Notes under the pieces: model-generated
Told to the model about the DNA's origin: nothing
The model's database searches: none
What the model saw: only the letters and a program-made list of their open reading frames with translations
DNA from: an uncultured Planctomycetota bacterium
GTDB lineage: Bacteria > Planctomycetota > Planctomycetia > Isosphaerales > Isosphaeraceae
Direction of reading: 5' to 3'
Length of the DNA: 64,000 bases
NCBI GenBank assembly: GCA_963737655.1
Contig: CAVTTN010000002.1
Span: 2,688,001 to 2,752,000 of the forward strand
Part shown: positions 59,514-64,000 of the stretch, one piece after another
Numbering within the stretch: position 1 is the first letter of the stretch
Layout of the letters: each line of letters opens with the position of its first letter
Position numbers and translations under genes: made by a program

Positions 59514-60421
59514 TGATGCACCTCGCCGCCGTCCTGCTCGCCTTCGTCCCCGCCGACCTCCCCCCCGAGTCGGCCGTGAAGCCCGTGGAGGTCGTCCGCA
59601 CGGGCGATTACTCCGAGGGCGTGGTGGTCGATCGCGAGGGGAACCTGTACTTCTCCCATCAGAAGATCGTCACCAAGCTCTATGCCGGGACCACGAAGGT
59701 TGAGACCTGGGCCGAGACCGGCGCGCCCAACGGCCACAAGATCCTGGCCGACGGCACGCACCTGATTTGCGACGCCAGCCGCCATGCCGTGCTGCACCTG
59801 GACGCCCTCTCCCGGCAGATGGCCGCCGAGTCCACCGGCTCCGACGGCAAGCCGCTCCGGGGGCCGAATGACCTGACCCTGGACCCGAAGAGCGGCGGGT
59901 TCTACTTCACCGACCCCGGCGATTCGAGCTTGCAGAACCCCATCGGCACGGTCCATTTCGTCAACCAGGACCATGAGACCCGCACCGTCGCCACCGGATT
60001 GGCATTCCCCAACGGGATCGTCCTGAGGCCCGATGGCAAGGAGCTGCTCGTCGGCGAGAGCCAGAAGAATCGCATCCTCGCATTCCCCGTGACGGCCCCC
60101 GGGACGCTCGGCGAGCCCCGGGTGCTCGTCGATCTGCCGAAGAAGGGCGAGGGGCAGATCGCCAACGAGCCCGACGGCATGGCCCTGGACGCCGAGGGGA
60201 ACCTTTATGTTGCCCATTACGGGATGGGCCAGGTCCAGGTCGTCAGCCCCAAGGGGAAGGTGATCCGCCGCTACCCGGGCGGGAACCTCACCACGTCGAA
60301 CGTCTGCTTCGCCGGGCCGAAGATGGACCAGCTCTACGTGACCGGAGGGACGCCCGGGGCCCTGTTCCGCCTGGACCTGGGCGTGAAGGGCCTGACGATC
60401 CTCCCTCCGTCGGCGAAGTGA
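59510..60421 (+). CDS. SMP-30/gluconolactonase family protein
   Basis: SEGVVVD, GPNDL, FPNGI, PDGMALDAEGNLYVA, SNVCFAG. Confidence 0.92.
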   Translation: MMMHLAAVLLAFVPADLPPESAVKPVEVVRTGDYSEGVVVDREGNLYFSHQKIVTKLYAGTTKVETWAETGAPNGHKILADGTHLICDASRHAVLHLDALSRQMAAESTGSDGKPLRGPNDLTLDPKSGGFYFTDPGDSSLQNPIGTVHFVNQDHETRTVATGLAFPNGIVLRPDGKELLVGESQKNRILAFPVTAPGTLGEPRVLVDLPKKGEGQIANEPDGMALDAEGNLYVAHYGMGQVQVVSPKGKVIRRYPGGNLTTSNVCFAGPKMDQLYVTGGTPGALFRLDLGVKGLTILPPSAK

Positions 60422-60442
60422 CCAGGTCCGGCCGACCCGTTC

Positions 60443-61214
60443 TCACGGCCCGACCCGGTCGAAAAACGTCGGGCCTCGCTTCAGGGCCCGGGCGTCTCGG
60501 AGGAACACGAGGGCCGTGACGATCCCCGCCGCGGCCCCTCCCACGTGGGCGAGATACGCCACGCTGCCGGCCCTGCCCGGGGGCCCGCGCCCCCGCTCCC
60601 CTCCAGACCTGGAACGCCATCCACCCGCCGATCACCACGATCGCCGGCACCTCGACGACGATCCGCACGACCAGGACGCGCACCCGGTTGTACGGGAACC
60701 AGACCACGTACGCCCCCATCACTCCCGCGATCGCCCCCGAGGCCCCGAGCGTCGGGACCAGGGAATCCGGCGACGCCGCAACCTGCGCCAGGGTGCCGAC
60801 CAGGCCGAAGCCGAGGTAGGCGATCAGGTAGCGGAACGGGCCGAGGACCTCCTCCACGTTGTCCCCGAAGATCCACAGGAACAGCATGTTTCCCACCAGA
60901 TGGATCAGGCTCCCGTGGAGGAACAGGGAGGAGAGCAGCGTCAGCCGGACCGGGATCGGCGCCGGGGCCTGGCGGGCCGCCAGGGCCCTGGCCTCGAGGA
61001 TCGCCTGCGCCCCCTTCTCGGTGATCCGGTCGGGGATCGGGCCGGCGAGGTCGATGTTGCGGGCGATTTCGAACGGGGTGGCCGCCAGGGCCGTGGTGAA
61101 TTCGTCTCCTCGGCCGAGCTGGACGAGATACATCACCACGTTGAGCGCAATCAGGACATACGTCACGATCGGGGTGATCTGGGTCCGCTGGAGGTCGCCG
61201 AGGGGAAGGACCAT
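60443..61214 (-). CDS. Rhomboid intramembrane serine protease; apparent frameshift near 60575
   Basis: FLHGSLIHLVGNMLFL and GASGAIAG in frame 1; VAYLAHVGG (catalytic His) and stop at 60443 in the shifted frame. Confidence 0.88.
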
Positions 61215-61283
61215 CAAGGGCTCCCGACCCGTGAAGTGCATGTCGATGCACGCGCTCCGATCCGAACCGATCGGATCGCGGCC

Positions 61284-62078
61284 TCAAACGCCCGAGATTT
61301 CGCCCTCGACGCCCAGCCGCCCGGCCCAGGCTGCGATCGCGGCCCTTGCGGCGGGATCGACCGGGACGCCTCGTTCCCGGGCGATTCGGCGGTGCTCGTC
61401 GAGCCGATCGGGCCGGAGGATCGAGGGCCCGTCGGCGGTCGAGGCCCTCTCGGCAACCCGTTCGTGGAGGCTCGACAGCGGCTCCAGGGCCGCCACGGCC
61501 ACCGCCTGAACCAGCCATTCCCCCGGCTCCAGGCAGGCCAGGAGCGGCGGGAGAGCGGCCGGCGAGCCGCCTCCGAAGGCGGAATCGGCCAGGAACGGCG
61601 GCCCTCCGGCAGACGGCACGGCGATCGTCCAGGACCCTCCGGGCCCCAGGGCCGAGACGATCATCGGACCGACGGCCGCCTCCGCCACGGCGGGCGTGGC
61701 CGGCCCCGAGGGCCCGATCCCCTTGACCCGGACGATCCCGACGCCCACGTCCCGGGCTTTCTCCGAGGCGATCTCGGCCGCTCGGAGCAGGACGAGCGGG
61801 CCCGGACCGTTGCGGCCATCCAGGACGGCCGTCCCGCTCCTCTCCGGGCCGACCTTGACCGCCGCTTTCGGATCGACCGAGCCGGAGACCAGCCGATCGA
61901 GCCAGTCGGCCAGGGTCGCCACCCCGAAGGCCGCCGCCCCGGCCGAGTCGAACCACAGGAGATGGCCGGCCATCTCCGAGGCCCGACGCGCGTCCAAACC
62001 CGCCGCGCCCAGCAAGGCCGAAACGAACCGGCGGAGCGGGTCCAGACGGACAACCGAGGCATTCTCAGCGGCCGACAC
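61284..62078 (-). CDS. Ldh_2 (malate/L-lactate dehydrogenase, AllD-like) family protein, divergent
   Basis: LRRFVSALLGAAG...AVLDGRNGPG...EKARDVGVGIV...RERGVPV; GTG start. Confidence 0.7.
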   Translation of the reverse strand: MSAAENASVVRLDPLRRFVSALLGAAGLDARRASEMAGHLLWFDSAGAAAFGVATLADWLDRLVSGSVDPKAAVKVGPERSGTAVLDGRNGPGPLVLLRAAEIASEKARDVGVGIVRVKGIGPSGPATPAVAEAAVGPMIVSALGPGGSWTIAVPSAGGPPFLADSAFGGGSPAALPPLLACLEPGEWLVQAVAVAALEPLSSLHERVAERASTADGPSILRPDRLDEHRRIARERGVPVDPAARAAIAAWAGRLGVEGEISGV

Positions 62079-62334
62079 GGGCAATCCTCCTCCTGATCCC
62101 CCAATCGCCCGGACAGGGTAGCACATCGCCGGCCGACCCTCCAGGGTCGAACGCCTCGACCGATTTCCCGGCTTGATCGAATCGGGGATCGGCGTAAGAA
62201 TTGCCCGGAGCGAGTCGTCGGCCGCGGGCCCTCCCCTCTCCGCCCGATCGGTCGTCCCCGCGAGGGGACCGGCTCGCCCCCACCTCTGGATGTCGTTCCG
62301 CCGTCGTGTCCGAACTGGGTGAGGAGCACCCGTG

Positions 62335-62859
62335 ATGACGCGAGAGATCCCCGAATCCCATCCCCTCCACCGCCTCTTCCGGGGGCTGACCGAATCGACG
62401 TTCCTCGCCGAGCTGGGCATCGGCGACCCCGGCCTGGTGGGCTACGTGGCGAGGCTGCTCGCCCGGTTCGTCCCGGCCGAGGCGTCGTGGAACCTCCGGG
62501 ACGCCGAAGGGCGCCGGGTCCACCAGGTCTCGGCCATGATCGCCGAGGCCGAATCGGCCCCCGACTCCGACCGCCGGCTCGAATGCCACCGCCACGTCGG
62601 CGATTTCACGCTGTTCTGGTCGGGCGTCTATCCCGAGGCCCTGCCCAAACTCCGGGCCGGCACGGCCGACGCCCTGATCGACTTCCGGGAGCAGGGCAAG
62701 CGCTCCTACTACGTCGCCAGCACCCTCAGCGGAGAGGAGGCGCGGGTCTTGAGACGGCTCTCCGACGAATTCGAGCTCTGCGCCTTCGGCCTCCACCGGG
62801 TCCGCCAGGAATGGGAACGGCCCGACGGACCGATCGGCGGGGCCGTCTTCGGGGCATGA
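62335..62859 (+). CDS. Conserved-looking hypothetical protein
   Basis: GAGGAG RBS; RHVGDFTLFWSGVYPEAL...GKRSYYVAS. Confidence 0.8.
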   Translation: MTREIPESHPLHRLFRGLTESTFLAELGIGDPGLVGYVARLLARFVPAEASWNLRDAEGRRVHQVSAMIAEAESAPDSDRRLECHRHVGDFTLFWSGVYPEALPKLRAGTADALIDFREQGKRSYYVASTLSGEEARVLRRLSDEFELCAFGLHRVRQEWERPDGPIGGAVFGA

Positions 62860-63017
62860 CCCCGGACCGACGGGCCCCGCGATCGATCGGCCCGCCGACC
62901 TCGTCATGACGGACTGCCTCGCCGCATCCGGCCGCCCCGCGGCCGTCTCCATGTCCTCCCGCATCCATCCGACATGGACCTGGAAGTTGCGATCAGGTCC
63001 GATGCCTCGGGGCAATT

Positions 63018-63083
63018 GTAAGGTACATGAAAGGCACCCTCATTCATGAAGAAGAAGGGGCTGGTGCATTTCCTCCACCCCAC
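63018..63083. repeat. Degenerate REP doublet (GTAGGGTGCA family)
   Basis: GTAAGGTACATGAAAGGCACC...GGTGCATTTCCTCCACCCCAC. Confidence 0.6.
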
Positions 63084-63224
63084 GTGACTCGACTTCCAGC
63101 CCCGACCGATCACTCCGCGGGACCCGCAACGAGTTGACGCCCCTCCTCGGTCGGGTTAGTCTCGGTCGGGACTTCGGGCGCCGATTGGGCGGATCGTCCC
63201 CGGCTCGTGGGGAGAGGGAGCGAC

Positions 63225-64000
63225 GTGGCTTCGTTGTTCGTGATCCAGGGGGCCGACCAGGGGAAGCGGTTCGAGCTGAAGGGCCGGCCGATGGCCCTCG
63301 GTCGCGATGGCTCCAACCCGATCCGGCTCCATGACAACGAGGTCTCCCGCCGTCATGCCGAGGTCCGCCCGGCCGATTCCGGCGACGGCTTCCGCCTCGT
63401 GGATCTGGGCTCGGCCAATGGGACGTTCGTGAACGGCCGGCAGGTCGAGGGGGCGGCGCTGAGGCCCGGCGACCAGGTCCGCGTCGGCCAGACGGTCATG
63501 CTGTTCAGCGAAGGGGGGCCGCCCCCCGAGCGCGACCTGACCGCCCGCGTCGATCTCCTGAGCAAGGCCAGCCCCGAGGACCGCTCGGCGATCGTCAAGA
63601 GCATCCCCGCCGGGGACGGCTCCCGAGTCCTGGAAGCCCCGGGCTCGGCCGGGGACTGGCTGAAGGTCCGCCTGGCCAACCTCGCCGTGATGTATCAGGC
63701 CACCCAGGCCATCAGTCACATCACGGACGTGGATGCCCTCCTGCCGCAGATCCTCCAGCTCGTGTTCGACTCGCTCGGGGCCGATCGCGGGGCGATCCTC
63801 CTGAGCGAAGAGGAGGGCGGCGACCTCGTCCCCAAGGCCGTCCGGTTCCGGGGGCAGGCCGACCCCGACGAGCGGATGACCATCTCGCGGACGATCGTCG
63901 ATCACGTCCGCGAGCAGGGCCAGGGCGTGATCACCTCGGACGCCTCGGGCGACAAGCGGTTCGGGCCGTCGCAATCGATCGTCGATTACGCGATCCGTGA
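63225..64000 (+). CDS. FHA + GAF domain signalling protein (probably a histidine kinase), truncated by the window end
   Basis: GTG start: MASLFVIQGADQGKRFEL..LGRDGSN..VSRRHAE..DLGSANGTFVNG (FHA), then ADRGAILL..ISRTIVDHV (GAF). Confidence 0.88.
   Translation, partial: MASLFVIQGADQGKRFELKGRPMALGRDGSNPIRLHDNEVSRRHAEVRPADSGDGFRLVDLGSANGTFVNGRQVEGAALRPGDQVRVGQTVMLFSEGGPPPERDLTARVDLLSKASPEDRSAIVKSIPAGDGSRVLEAPGSAGDWLKVRLANLAVMYQATQAISHITDVDALLPQILQLVFDSLGADRGAILLSEEEGGDLVPKAVRFRGQADPDERMTISRTIVDHVREQGQGVITSDASGDKRFGPSQSIVDYAIR

Overview
A high-GC bacterial chromosomal segment, most likely from a planctomycete of the Isosphaeraceae type. Lineage markers are a TIGR03067-type tandem-domain protein, a giant surface protein with an N-terminal LEPR-xLL motif, a PEP-CTERM protein, two DUF1080 proteins and an FHA-GAF protein. 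About 55 CDSs are supportable: housekeeping genes (gnd, fabF, trpBA, an aminotransferase, FKBP PPIase), transport (RND MFP plus CusA/CzcA-type permease, MATE, MlaE/MlaD), several peptidases, two di-haem c proteins and a 2423-aa SdrD-B-repeat adhesin. No rRNA, tRNA, CRISPR array, integrase or full-length transposase is visible. Seven single-base frameshifts, in six otherwise intact genes, most likely reflect long-read assembly errors. The most notable unexplained structure is non-coding or vestigial. (i) Two copies of a ~142-bp MITE have terminal inverted repeats and carry an internal GTAG-type REP doublet; one copy has a perfect 9-bp target-site duplication. (ii) Many different REP-like palindrome families are present, and two of them supply the TAG stop of the upstream gene. 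(iii) Four decayed or orphaned toxin-antitoxin-like remnants lie within about 13 kb. Protein-level curiosities include a hydrolase/N-methyltransferase/GH3 cluster (possible amino-lipid pathway), a DEDDh-WYL fusion, a probably membrane-anchored macrodomain, an MCE-OmpA fusion, and one domain shared by the giant adhesin and the neighbouring PEP-CTERM protein. All family calls come from motif recognition by eye; no database searches were run.
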